Source of the DNA: a virus
Lineage: Duplodnaviria > Caudoviricetes
IMG/VR virus record: IMGVR_UViG_3300020593_000139
Location: 1-50,353 of that record
Strand: one strand, 5' to 3'
Length of the DNA: 50,353 nt
Position 1 is the first letter of the stretch. Each line of letters begins with the position of its first letter. Shown here piece by piece: positions 25,765 to 35,903 of this stretch. The position numbers and the translations under genes are program-made. The notes under the pieces are model-generated. The model made no database searches and had not been told where the DNA came from. It saw only the letters and a list, made by a program, of their open reading frames with translations.

Positions 25765-28700
25765 ATGGCACAGCCACCCGTGTACGACCGGTCGTACAGT
25801 TTCCACGACTATCAGGCGGAAAACCCGAGGGCTCCGCTGCCGGCTGACAAGCTCGATGAGGAGTTTGCGCGCGTTAAGACGACGCTCGACGGGATCTTAC
25901 AGAATTTGGCCATCATCCAGCGCGACGACACGGCGCTGGCCAACAACTCGGTTGGCTATGACCAGCTGCGCGATGAGGTGGATCTTGGCTTCAACCCGCC
26001 GGTCGATTGGGCTTCCGGGACGAACTACATCACCCGCGATACGGTCTTCCATGACGTACAGATGTACCGTTGCGTCGTGTCGCATATCTCGTCCAACACT
26101 TTCTCCGATGACCTGAATGCCGGCTACTGGGAACTGATTATTGACTTCGCCAGCGTCCAGTCGGCTGCGATTGCAGCCCGTGACGAGGCGCAGGACGCGC
26201 AGGCTGCTGCGGAAGACGCCCGCGACATTGCATTGCAGGCACAGGCCGACGCGGAATCGGCTCGTGATGTCGCCACTGGTGCCAAGAACGATGCCGAACT
26301 GGCCCAGGCAGCGGCGGAGTCGGCGCGTGACGATGCGATCCTGGCCAAGGTGGCCGCGGAATCTGCGCAGTCCGACGCTGAAGCGGCGCAGGCTGCTGCG
26401 GAAGGAGCCCGCGACGACGCCATTCTGGCCAAGAACGCAGCTGAAGGTTTCAAGGACGACGCCGAGGCCGCGTATCTGGCCGCTTCCGGCGTCCAGACGG
26501 CGGTTTTTAACGCCCGCGATGCCGCTTTGCAGGCGCAGAGCGACGCTGAAGACGCTCGCGATGTAGCCATTCAGGAGGCTGGCGACGCCGAGAGCGCGAA
26601 GGATACGGCTGTTCAGGCCAAGAACGATGCCGCACTGGCGCAGAGCGCAGCGGAATCGGCCCGCGATGATGCCATTCAGGCCAAGTCGGACGCAGAGTCG
26701 GCGAAGGGCGATGCCGAGGCCGCGCAGCTGGCCGCTGAAAGCGCTCGTGACGATGCGATCCTGGCCAAGAACGCTGCCGAGGGCTTCAAGAACGACGCGC
26801 AGTCGGCTGCGCAGGACGCCATCGACGCGCTGGAGGACATGGAGGAAAAGTACCTCGGCGCGCATGCGACGGCTCCAGCTGGCGCGTTCGCCGGCCAGAT
26901 GTATTTCAACACCGTCACCAACCTGATGTACGTCTACGACGGCGCGAATTGGGGTCTTATGTCGTCTGGCGGTGACATGCTGACCGGCGTTTACGACCCT
27001 CAGAGCAAGGGCGCTGACGCCTTCGACATGGACAACATGGCCGAGGGCTCGGTGAACCTCATTCTGACGCAGAGCGAGCGGAATGCGATTGCCGACAGCT
27101 ACGAAAAGTCGTTCCGGCACTTCGACACGCGGGCGGATGTGACCGGCCAGGCCATCCCGTCCTCTGTCAACTTCATCGTGACGCGGGGATATAGCACCAT
27201 CGGCGATGGCGGTGGCGCGGTCTACAAGCGCGTGGGATCGCAGCCTGCCCATGAGGGCAAGGTGCAGTCGAACGATGGCGCGTGGTGGGAGATCATCGGT
27301 CCCGAGATCAGCCAGAAGCAGATCAACGGCACCCTAAAGCAGCTGATCGAGGCTGCTGGTACGCGGCCAGCCATTCTCGACGAAGGCACCGTGACGGTTG
27401 ATGCGCTGGTGGGCTTCTCCGGCACCGATGGCGTCACGCTCAGGGGCCGCAGTACGAAGACATCGATCCTTTCGCGAGGCAATTCGCTCAATTCGGTGGT
27501 GTCCTTCAACAACAGCGATGGCGTGAAGCTTGAGGATTTCACGCTCAATATGCGGTTCTCGACCACCGGGAACGAGGGCCACGGCATCATCTTTGTTGAC
27601 TCGACCGACGTGTATCTGCGCGGTGTCTTAGTCAGCGACCTCGGCAACAACGGTGGTTCGGCCGGCTCGGGCATCATTTCATACATGGGGGCCGAGATCC
27701 CGCAACGAAACAGGATCGTCGATTCGACCGTCATTGGGGACGTTTCCCTGTCGGACAACACCAACGGCTTCCTGCTTGTGGATACCCGCTTCAGCCAGAT
27801 GCGGGGCAACGTGGCGCATGGCATTGCCGCGTTTGCGCACGAGTACAAGAACGACGCGCGGTACAACACCGGATCTGACCTGATCGCGGTCAGTTCGGCC
27901 TATGGCCTCGGCTTCGGCCAGACGACCACGGGCACGGACGGCGTGGACTACACCGTCTGCACCAACATCGTGGCCGCGCAATGTGACGTTGGTTTCGTAC
28001 TGGGCGAGGGCTCGTACAACGCGATCAACAACATGGTCGTGAACACCAACAATTCACCCGAGAAGCTGAACAGCAAGCATGGCGTTCGCATTTCCGGTGG
28101 CGCTACAGGCAACCTCGTGACGGACGTTGTTTCGGTCGGTGCGGGCAATGAATCGTCCGTCCGGATCGACGACAGCAACAACAACGTGGTGCACATCGCG
28201 GCGTTCGACGCCTCGACGAACACGGTAACGTTCACCGGCACCGCCGCTGGCAACTTCGTCGAAGTGATGCACACCGGCACACGGGATCACATTGCCCTGT
28301 CTATCGCTGATAGCACCGGCAAAGCGATCAACGGCATGGACGCCAATATTGTGTACTCGCCGACCACCGGCGAGCGCCTTGGCTCGCGCTCGGGCTACTT
28401 CAAGGACAGCCTCGTACGCGGCGCGACCCTTGCCTACAACTCGGTCCAGACGTGGCGGCACGAGCACCCGAGTTCCGTCATTTTTGCTGGTGCGATGCCT
28501 AGCGATACAGCGCAGTATTTCGGCTTGCAGTGCAACGTCGGTTCGACGGCCAACGTTGCGAGCATCCTGTACGACGTAGGCAACGCTCGATGGACGATCG
28601 GCAGCAGCTCGACCGTGGTCGGTATTCTCAACACGTCCTTGTGGAGCCCTGGCGCTGACAACGCTCGTGCACTCGGCACGGGCGGTGCGCGCTTCTCACA

Positions 28701-29085
28701 GGTGTACGCCGCGACCGGCACCATCAACACGTCGGACGCACGCGAGAAGGACTGGCGCGGTGAGTTGAACGCGGCTGAGATTGCCGTGGCCAAGCGGATC
28801 TCCAAGCTGGTTGGCATCTATCGCTGGCACCACGCGATTGCAGCGAAGGGCGACGGCGCGCGCCTGCATGCCGGTGTCCGGGCGCAGGACGTGATCGCGG
28901 CGTTTGAGGCCGAAGGGCTCGATCCCTACAAGTACGGCGTTGTCTGCTACGACGAGTGGGAAGCTGACCCGGAAGCTGGCCTGGAGGAGGCGGGCGACCG
29001 CTATGGTGTCCGCTACGACGAGCTTTGGGCATTCGTGGCCGCTGGCTTCGAAGCTCGACTCGCTGCGCTTGAGGACGCCGAATGA
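25765..29085 (+). CDS. Tailspike/tail fibre: N-terminal anchor, CBM-like module, coiled-coil stalk, beta-helix depolymerase-like domain, S74 chaperone
   Basis: DWASGTNY...D.V...YRC...H; 14-aa A/E/D repeats; Asn/Gly/Val-rich beta-helix-like region; SDAREK...GVRAQDV...GVRYDEL. Confidence 0.9.
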   Translation: MAQPPVYDRSYSFHDYQAENPRAPLPADKLDEEFARVKTTLDGILQNLAIIQRDDTALANNSVGYDQLRDEVDLGFNPPVDWASGTNYITRDTVFHDVQMYRCVVSHISSNTFSDDLNAGYWELIIDFASVQSAAIAARDEAQDAQAAAEDARDIALQAQADAESARDVATGAKNDAELAQAAAESARDDAILAKVAAESAQSDAEAAQAAAEGARDDAILAKNAAEGFKDDAEAAYLAASGVQTAVFNARDAALQAQSDAEDARDVAIQEAGDAESAKDTAVQAKNDAALAQSAAESARDDAIQAKSDAESAKGDAEAAQLAAESARDDAILAKNAAEGFKNDAQSAAQDAIDALEDMEEKYLGAHATAPAGAFAGQMYFNTVTNLMYVYDGANWGLMSSGGDMLTGVYDPQSKGADAFDMDNMAEGSVNLILTQSERNAIADSYEKSFRHFDTRADVTGQAIPSSVNFIVTRGYSTIGDGGGAVYKRVGSQPAHEGKVQSNDGAWWEIIGPEISQKQINGTLKQLIEAAGTRPAILDEGTVTVDALVGFSGTDGVTLRGRSTKTSILSRGNSLNSVVSFNNSDGVKLEDFTLNMRFSTTGNEGHGIIFVDSTDVYLRGVLVSDLGNNGGSAGSGIISYMGAEIPQRNRIVDSTVIGDVSLSDNTNGFLLVDTRFSQMRGNVAHGIAAFAHEYKNDARYNTGSDLIAVSSAYGLGFGQTTTGTDGVDYTVCTNIVAAQCDVGFVLGEGSYNAINNMVVNTNNSPEKLNSKHGVRISGGATGNLVTDVVSVGAGNESSVRIDDSNNNVVHIAAFDASTNTVTFTGTAAGNFVEVMHTGTRDHIALSIADSTGKAINGMDANIVYSPTTGERLGSRSGYFKDSLVRGATLAYNSVQTWRHEHPSSVIFAGAMPSDTAQYFGLQCNVGSTANVASILYDVGNARWTIGSSSTVVGILNTSLWSPGADNARALGTGGARFSQVYAATGTINTSDAREKDWRGELNAAEIAVAKRISKLVGIYRWHHAIAAKGDGARLHAGVRAQDVIAAFEAEGLDPYKYGVVCYDEWEADPEAGLEEAGDRYGVRYDELWAFVAAGFEARLAALEDAE
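26170..26835 (+). repeat. Degenerate 42-bp (14-aa) coding repeats in the tailspike stalk
   Basis: Repeated AQAAAESARDDAIL / AKNAAEGFK units. Confidence 0.8.
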
Positions 29086-30716
29086 CCTCAGAGCAGATCG
29101 TCCGCGACAAGGAGAAGCTGATCCGCCTCAAGAAGCGCGAGCTTGCGCTTCTGGAGGGGCGCGAGAGCCTGCTGCGCTATTGCGAGCTTCAGCTGCCAGA
29201 TCCGAACGATCCGGAGAACCCGGACCTGACGCGGTTCGAGGCCACTCCGCAAGCCATCGTGCTTTGCCAGATCATGGAGAAGGTCGAGCGCGGTGAAATG
29301 CGCCGTGTGGCCGTGTCCATTGGCCCGCAGCTTGGCAAGTCCGAGATCATTTCCCGTCGTTTCCCGGCGTGGTGCGTTGGACGCAACCCATATCGAAATC
29401 TGATCTTGGGGACCTACAATCAGACGTTCGCCGAGGAATTTGGCGCGGATGTGCGGAACGGCATTGAAAGCCACCTCCATCGGGCGGTGTTCCCCGAACA
29501 CAGGCTCAACAAGGGTGCGCTCGATCTGCTCATCACGTCGAAGGGCGGCAAGACGGCTTTCGTCGGCGTTGGCGGCTCGGGTACTGGTAAGCCGGCAGAC
29601 TATTTCGTGGTGGACGACCCGATCCGCTCTGACGACGACGCGCAGAGCCAGCTTTACCGCGACCGCATCTGGAAGTGGTTCAACTCTGTCGCGTTCACCC
29701 GTCTGCACTCCAAGAGCGCGGTCGTGGTCGTACACACCCGATGGCACGAGGATGACCTGATTGGCCGGCTGTGCGACCCGAACCACCCGGAGCGCAACAA
29801 GGAATATAAGGGAATTGCCGACGACTGGACGTACATCAACCTGCCGGCAGTCGTCGAAGATCCGGAGCTTGCAGCGCGGCTTGGCCTGACGCTGGAGGTG
29901 CCGACGAACCCGCGCGTGATCGAGCAGTTCGGCAGCAAGCCGATGTCGGCGCTGTGGCCCGAGCGCAAGGGTCTGGAGTTCCTGGCCGAGGCCAAGCGCA
30001 TGGACCCGCGCACGTTCCAGGCGCTCTACATGGGCTCGCCGACCCGTGAGGATGGTGAATACTTCAAGGCGGATTGGATCGTCGAATACGACCCGGAGGA
30101 ACTGCCGGATAACCTGATGATTTACGGCGCGTCCGACCATGCCGTCAGCACCAAGCAGACTAACGACTACACGGTCCTCGGCTGCGTCGGCGTGGATTCG
30201 CAAGACAATATCTGGATCTTGCCGGATCTCGTGTGGGATCGGATGCAGACTGACCGCACGGTGGAAGAAATGCTGACGCAGTTTCGGGTCCACGAGCCGC
30301 AGCTGTGGTGGATGGAAAGCGAAAACATCGCCAAGGCGTTCGGCCCGTTCCTGCACAAGCGGATGATCGACGAGCATGTGTACGTGACGATCGATCCCGT
30401 CACCGTCTCCAAGGACAAGGCCACCCGAGCCCGAGCCATTCAGGGCCGGATGAGCATGAAGAAGGTCCGCTTCCCGCGCTTTGCGCCTTGGTATCAGGAC
30501 GCCCGGAAGCAGCTGCTTCGCTTCCCCCATGCCGCGAATGACGACTTCGTGGACTGGCTGGCCCACATCGGCCTTGGCCTTGTGAAGATCCGCAGTGCGC
30601 ACCCGATCGCAGCGAACGAGAACAGGCCGCGTACCGGATCGATCGAGTGGATCATGCAATCCGCGCTGAAGCGCGCCAGACAGGAGCAGCGGATGAAGGC
30701 CGCTGAAGGTTGGTAA
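29082..30716 (+). CDS. Terminase large subunit
   Basis: Walker A GPQLGKS, GSGTGKPADYFVVDDP, TRWHEDDLIG, nuclease SDHA...DY, C-terminal FP...DDFVD. Confidence 0.93.
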   Translation: MTSEQIVRDKEKLIRLKKRELALLEGRESLLRYCELQLPDPNDPENPDLTRFEATPQAIVLCQIMEKVERGEMRRVAVSIGPQLGKSEIISRRFPAWCVGRNPYRNLILGTYNQTFAEEFGADVRNGIESHLHRAVFPEHRLNKGALDLLITSKGGKTAFVGVGGSGTGKPADYFVVDDPIRSDDDAQSQLYRDRIWKWFNSVAFTRLHSKSAVVVVHTRWHEDDLIGRLCDPNHPERNKEYKGIADDWTYINLPAVVEDPELAARLGLTLEVPTNPRVIEQFGSKPMSALWPERKGLEFLAEAKRMDPRTFQALYMGSPTREDGEYFKADWIVEYDPEELPDNLMIYGASDHAVSTKQTNDYTVLGCVGVDSQDNIWILPDLVWDRMQTDRTVEEMLTQFRVHEPQLWWMESENIAKAFGPFLHKRMIDEHVYVTIDPVTVSKDKATRARAIQGRMSMKKVRFPRFAPWYQDARKQLLRFPHAANDDFVDWLAHIGLGLVKIRSAHPIAANENRPRTGSIEWIMQSALKRARQEQRMKAAEGW

Positions 30717-32758
30717 TGGAAGAAGAATTTGGGCTCGTGAACGAGATCGAAAACAAGGGCCAGGAACCAACTCAGTCCCGTGCGGCGTTGGTGGCCGAGT
30801 GGCTTGAAAAGATCGAGAAGGCCCGGAAGGCCCGCGAGAAGACGTTCAAGGACATGCGCAAGGCGCAGGACTTTGCGATGTACGGGGCGGACAAGAAGTG
30901 GCGTGAGTCCGGCAAGTACACGGTGCCGATCCTGCCACGCTACATCAACCAGACGATTGCAACCCTGTACGCCCGCAACCCGAAGACTGTCTTCAAGCGC
31001 CGTCAGCGGCTGGAATACAAGCTGTGGGATGGCCGGCTCGACACGCTTCAGGCTGCGATGCAGATGGCGCAGATGGGCGATCCTGCCTCCATGGCAATCC
31101 TGGCCGAGGTCGCGCAGGTTCGTCAGCGCAACCAGTCGATCGAGCGTATGGGTAAGACGCTTGAGATCCTGTACCAATACTACATTGACGAGCAGTCCAC
31201 CGGCTTCAAGGAACAGCTGAAGGCAGCTGTGCGCCGCGCCAAGGTGGCCAAGGTCGGTTGGGTGAAGATCGGCTTCCAGCGCATGCTTGAGCCGCGCCCC
31301 GGTATCATCGACAAGATTGCGGACGCTACGGACAAGATCAAGTCGATCGAACTCGCCATGACCAAGCTACAGGAAGGCAGCGAGGAGTACGGCGAGACGA
31401 GCGCGAAGCTGGAGCAGCTGAAGCTCAATCTTGCCGATCTGGAGCGCGACAAGGAAATGATCGTGCGCGAAGGTCTGGTCTTCGACTTCCCGAAGTCTGA
31501 TCAGATCATCGTGGACACGGCATGCACACACCTGCGGACGCTGGCCGGCGCGCGGTGGATTGCGCATTTGTACGAGCGGTCGCCGGAGGAAATCGAAAAG
31601 ACCTACGGAGTGAACGTACGCGGCAAGTTCCGCGCATACTCCAGCCGCAACGACAAGGAGTGCGACGAGAAGCAGGAGGGCGCATACGCCCGCGTCTATG
31701 AGGTGTGGGATAAGGAGAACCTCCAGATGTTCGTCGTCTGTGAGGGCTACCCGGATTTCCTTCAGGAGCCGGCAGCACCCGACATCTACATTGAACGATT
31801 CTGGCCGTTCTTCCCGCTGGTGTTCAACGAGGTCGAACACTACGATGAGATCTATCCGCTGTCCGATGTCGAGCAGGCCAAGGACATTCAGGAGGAGTAC
31901 AACCGGTCCCGCGAGGCGCTGCGCGAGCACCGCATTGCCGCTCGTCCGTACTGGGTTGAGGCAGCTGGCCTGTCGTCCGAGGAGAAGACCAAGCTGGCCG
32001 ACCATTCGGCGCACGAGGTCGTCTCGCTGAAGACGCTGGTGGCTGGCCAGAAGATCGAGGATCTTATCCAGCGTGGCCCGACAGCTCCGATTGATCCGAA
32101 TCTTTACGAACTGGAGAGCCATTTCAACGACCTCCTGCGCGTGGTCGGCTATCAGGAGGCTCAGATTGGCTCCGTGTCCGGCGCGACCGCGACGGAAAGC
32201 TCGATCGCGCAGCAGGCGCAGTCGGCAACTCAGTCTGACCAGACGGACGACATCGACGGCCTTCTGACTGACCTGGCCAGGGCCGGTGGCCAGATCCTGC
32301 TCCAGAACGTGAGCAAGGAGACGGTTATCGAGATCGTGGGCGAGGGCGCTGTCTGGCCCGACCTGCCGCAGACGCGCGAGGAAGCGGCCAAGGAGATCTA
32401 TCTTGAGGCTCAGGCGGGCAGCACCGGCAAGCCTAATCAGGCCGCATCGCTGGCCAACATGGAGCGCGCGGCCCCATGGCTCGTGCAGCTTCCCGGCGTC
32501 AATCAGGAGCCGCTGGTTCGCAAGTATTCTGAACTTCTCGATATCCCGATGGAGGAGCTTTACGCTGAGGGAATGCCTTCTATTACGGCTATCAATGCGC
32601 TCATTTCCCGTGGCCCGGAGAACCCCGGAGCAAATCCGACAGGCGATCCGACCACGGACCCCAACATGCAGGGCGGCGCAGGCGTTCAAAACGCTGAGAA
32701 CCCGCAGGTTGATGAACCCGGCCCGCAGCCGGGATACCCCGCACCTACCGTCGCTTGA
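30716..32758 (+). CDS. Portal protein
   Basis: ~680 aa directly after TerL; ATATESSI motif typical of podoviral portals. Confidence 0.8.
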   Translation: MEEEFGLVNEIENKGQEPTQSRAALVAEWLEKIEKARKAREKTFKDMRKAQDFAMYGADKKWRESGKYTVPILPRYINQTIATLYARNPKTVFKRRQRLEYKLWDGRLDTLQAAMQMAQMGDPASMAILAEVAQVRQRNQSIERMGKTLEILYQYYIDEQSTGFKEQLKAAVRRAKVAKVGWVKIGFQRMLEPRPGIIDKIADATDKIKSIELAMTKLQEGSEEYGETSAKLEQLKLNLADLERDKEMIVREGLVFDFPKSDQIIVDTACTHLRTLAGARWIAHLYERSPEEIEKTYGVNVRGKFRAYSSRNDKECDEKQEGAYARVYEVWDKENLQMFVVCEGYPDFLQEPAAPDIYIERFWPFFPLVFNEVEHYDEIYPLSDVEQAKDIQEEYNRSREALREHRIAARPYWVEAAGLSSEEKTKLADHSAHEVVSLKTLVAGQKIEDLIQRGPTAPIDPNLYELESHFNDLLRVVGYQEAQIGSVSGATATESSIAQQAQSATQSDQTDDIDGLLTDLARAGGQILLQNVSKETVIEIVGEGAVWPDLPQTREEAAKEIYLEAQAGSTGKPNQAASLANMERAAPWLVQLPGVNQEPLVRKYSELLDIPMEELYAEGMPSITAINALISRGPENPGANPTGDPTTDPNMQGGAGVQNAENPQVDEPGPQPGYPAPTVA

Positions 32759-32820
32759 CTTGGCTGTAGGATTATGAGAAATATTGTATGAACGACATTA
32801 GTCGTTAAGGAGCTTGACGT

Positions 32821-33846
32821 ATGCCCGTTTCGTCAACGGAACCCGCTGAGAACATCAGCACCGAATCTTTGGACGTACACGCGGAGTCGTCGCCCGCACC
32901 AGATGGCGTAACAAACCTCATGGACGTGGTGAACACCACGCTCGGTGGGGGGCAGGAGGAAGCGCCGACCTCCATGGAGCATGGTTCGGAAGAACCTGAT
33001 CCTAACACTCCAGACGACGATCAGGAGCAGCAATCCGACGAGCTTTCCGAGGAAGAACTGGCCAGATTGTCGGAACGGACGCAGAAGCGCTTCCGTGAAC
33101 TGGTGGAGCAGCGCCGGTCTGCCGAAAGCAAGGTGCAGCAGTTCCAGATGGAGCTTGATGCACTGAAGCCGAAGGCACAGCGCATGGACGAACTGCTCGG
33201 CTATATGCAGACAAATGGCATAGCGCCCGAGCATCTGAATAACGCCCTTGGCATCGTTTCGATGATCAACCGGGGTGATTATCAGTCCGCTCTCCCTGTG
33301 CTGGAAAATCTGGTGCAACAGATTCGACATGCGGCAGGCGAGATACTCCCACCAGATCTACAGCGTGAAGTGCAGCTTGGGTACATTACCGAAGCGCGTG
33401 CCAAGGAGTTGCATAAGGCTCGGTTGAGCGAGCATCGCGCCCGCGAAATGGCCCAGATGCAGGCTCAACAGACTGCTGCCGAGAGGCATCAGCAGCAACT
33501 GCAAACCCTGGTCAACAGCGCGGCAAGCGCAGCGGACGAATGGAGTAGGGAGCAGGCGAAGTCGGACCCCGATTGGAACCTGAAGCAAGACCGCATTACG
33601 GAAAAGGTCGAGCTTGAGTTGCATCGGCGGCTCCAGATGGGACCGGAAAACTACCCACGCACCCGCGAGGAAGTCCGAGCCCTTCTGGATCAATGCCGGA
33701 AGCAGGTCGAAGACGAGATCCGTCGCTATCGGCCAGCACCGCGCCCGAGCAAGCCATTCCCGACTGGCGGAAATGCTTCGCCTCATTCCGCAGCGAAGCC
33801 AAAGAGTCTGATGGACGCAGTGAACATGGCTTTGGAGGCGGAGTGA
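32821..33846 (+). CDS. Capsid scaffolding protein
   Basis: Acidic disordered N-terminus plus long coiled coil, between portal and capsid. Confidence 0.72.
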   Translation: MPVSSTEPAENISTESLDVHAESSPAPDGVTNLMDVVNTTLGGGQEEAPTSMEHGSEEPDPNTPDDDQEQQSDELSEEELARLSERTQKRFRELVEQRRSAESKVQQFQMELDALKPKAQRMDELLGYMQTNGIAPEHLNNALGIVSMINRGDYQSALPVLENLVQQIRHAAGEILPPDLQREVQLGYITEARAKELHKARLSEHRAREMAQMQAQQTAAERHQQQLQTLVNSAASAADEWSREQAKSDPDWNLKQDRITEKVELELHRRLQMGPENYPRTREEVRALLDQCRKQVEDEIRRYRPAPRPSKPFPTGGNASPHSAAKPKSLMDAVNMALEAE

Positions 33847-33870
33847 GACAGCCTCTAAGGGTTGCTTACG

Positions 33871-34920
33871 ATGCCGTTTACCGCAAAGGAAATTGAGAAC
33901 GTCGCACAGGCCGTTCTTGACTACCACATGAACACGCCGGAGGTGCGTAGCCAGACGCTTCAGGACAAGCCTCTGCTCCGCACCCTGCGCGCCAAGGAAA
34001 AGACCTTCCCCGGCGGCAAGGAAGAACTTACCGTCCGCGTGAAGGGCGAGTACGACACCACGATTCAGGGCTTCGAGCACGATGACACGGTGACGTACCG
34101 CAATCCTGCCAACCTGAAGACTGCCCGTTACCCGTGGAAGCTCATCCACTCGGGTATCGAGTTCACGATGCACGAAATGATCAAGGGCGGCATTTCGATC
34201 GTGGATTCTGCCAATGGCAGTGGCGAGGTGCGTCATACCGAGAACGAGAAGATCGTTCTGGTCGATCTGCTCAATGACAAGATCGAGGACATGACGGAAG
34301 GCACCGACCGTGGCATGAACCGCATGTTCTGGCAGGACGGTTCGCAGGACGCCAAGGAAGTTCCAGGCATCCTGTCCTTCGTCCACGACGATCCGACCGA
34401 TCCGGCTCTTGTCGGCGGCATCGATCAGTCGGTCCATACGTGGTGGCAGAACCGCGCGGACACGAACATCAGCTTCAATCCGGCCAGCGCCGAGGATCTG
34501 GTGATCGTCAAGAAGCTGAAGTCCGAGTGGCGTCAGCTGCGCCGCTACGGTGGCCGTCCGAACCTCGTGCTCTGCGGATCTGACTTCCTCGACGCGCTTG
34601 AGGACGAACTGCTGTCCAAGGGCCAGTACACCATGGAAGGCTGGTCGCACCGCCGCAACACGGAAGCGTCGATCGCTGACATTTCGTTCAAGGGCGTTCG
34701 GTTCGAGTACGACCCGACCTTGGACGACATGGCCCGTAGCAAGTACTGCTACGTCCTCGACACCCGCCACATCTACCCGATGGTGGTGCAGGGCGAGAAC
34801 GGCAAGGATCACAAGCCCGCACGTCCGGAAGACAAGTACGTCTTCTACCGCGCACGTACTTGGGTTGGTGGCCTGGTCTGCGATCAGCGCAACGCACAGG
34901 GCGTGTACGCCATCAGCTAA
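33871..34920 (+). CDS. Major capsid protein
   Basis: ~350 aa after the scaffold, followed by a UUCG terminator-like hairpin; HK97-like size. Confidence 0.85.
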   Translation: MPFTAKEIENVAQAVLDYHMNTPEVRSQTLQDKPLLRTLRAKEKTFPGGKEELTVRVKGEYDTTIQGFEHDDTVTYRNPANLKTARYPWKLIHSGIEFTMHEMIKGGISIVDSANGSGEVRHTENEKIVLVDLLNDKIEDMTEGTDRGMNRMFWQDGSQDAKEVPGILSFVHDDPTDPALVGGIDQSVHTWWQNRADTNISFNPASAEDLVIVKKLKSEWRQLRRYGGRPNLVLCGSDFLDALEDELLSKGQYTMEGWSHRRNTEASIADISFKGVRFEYDPTLDDMARSKYCYVLDTRHIYPMVVQGENGKDHKPARPEDKYVFYRARTWVGGLVCDQRNAQGVYAIS

Positions 34921-34924
34921 CAGC

Positions 34925-34949
34925 GTCCGGCCTTCGGGCCGGACCTTTC
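34925..34949 (+). terminator. Hairpin/terminator after the capsid gene
   Basis: GTCCGGCC-TTCG-GGCCGGAC-CTTTC. Confidence 0.7.
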
Positions 34950-34971
34950 GGCACAGCAGGAGACTTTTGAA

Positions 34972-35340
34972 ATGGCTTTCGACCTTATTCACGCAGGCGT
35001 AGCGACCGCCGTTCAGAAGAACGGGACGGTGAATTTCGCCTATCCAAGTGGCCGTGACAAGGACAGCTACGTCGGCGGCAACGAGGTACTTGTCATCCCC
35101 ACGCACCAGTCGGTCCTCACCGTGGGCGCTGGCAAGTTCTCTGTCACGTACGGCGTTTCCAACATCACCGTGACCTACCTCGGTGAACTGGACATTCCTT
35201 CGGGTACGCTGCTCACCCTTCAGTCTGGACTTGTCCCGACAGCGTTCTCCGAGATCCCCGGCAAGGTGGCTGACGCGACCGGCGACAATCTTCAGGAGAT
35301 CCTCGAAGATCTGGCTGCGCGTGTCACCGCGCTTGAGTAG
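34972..35340 (+). CDS. Probable head decoration/fibre protein
   Basis: 122 aa beta-rich protein with C-terminal LAARVTALE coiled coil, after the capsid gene. Confidence 0.55.
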   Translation: MAFDLIHAGVATAVQKNGTVNFAYPSGRDKDSYVGGNEVLVIPTHQSVLTVGAGKFSVTYGVSNITVTYLGELDIPSGTLLTLQSGLVPTAFSEIPGKVADATGDNLQEILEDLAARVTALE

Positions 35341-35392
35341 TCGGATTTTGTGAACAAATGTCGACACGACACGATCCGACATGATAACATAG

Positions 35393-35416
35393 AGGGCCAG
35401 CTGGACTGGCCCTTTT
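35393..35416 (+). terminator. Intrinsic terminator
   Basis: AGGGCCAG-ctgga-CTGGCCCT-TTT. Confidence 0.65.
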
Positions 35417-35437
35417 CCACATAACGAGGGAAGAAGT

Positions 35438-35902
35438 ATGCAGCTTTACAAGTGCGTTCTCCGGCTTAACGGCAGTCTGTACAACGAAGTGCCGAAAAGG
35501 GATGTCACGGCAGCAGAAATTCAGGTTCTGCGCGCCATCCACGAAGGCCCGGAGACTGGCGTGGAAACGATCGTCCGCATCGAAGCCACCCGCAAGGTTG
35601 ACCGCTCCGATAAGGCGGAGCGCGAGCGCCTTCAGGAACTCTATGGCGCGACCCTGGCCAAGAACCCGCGTCTGCGCTCGCTGAATGACATCCTCGGCCA
35701 CCCGTCTGTTCCGCTGCCGCAGTCGATCCCCGGTATCCCTGAATCGGACGCCGAGCCTGTGAAGCGTCGTGGCCGCAAGCCGACGATCAAGCTGACCCCG
35801 ACCGAGGAAGCGCTGCTTCGCCGGAAGGAGGAAGAAGACTCGGCCATGACCGAGGACGAGGCTGAGGAAGACACGGAGATCAAGCAGGAGGAGTTCGCGT
35901 AA
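35438..35902 (+). CDS. Phage hypothetical protein (154 aa)
   Basis: In the virion operon; acidic C-terminus. Confidence 0.7.
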   Translation: MQLYKCVLRLNGSLYNEVPKRDVTAAEIQVLRAIHEGPETGVETIVRIEATRKVDRSDKAERERLQELYGATLAKNPRLRSLNDILGHPSVPLPQSIPGIPESDAEPVKRRGRKPTIKLTPTEEALLRRKEEEDSAMTEDEAEEDTEIKQEEFA

Positions 35903-35903
35903 G

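Noticed and set aside
25765-29085. Diversity-generating retroelement or invertible tail-fibre cassette
   Set aside because: No reverse transcriptase, invertase or second copy of the C-terminal region was seen
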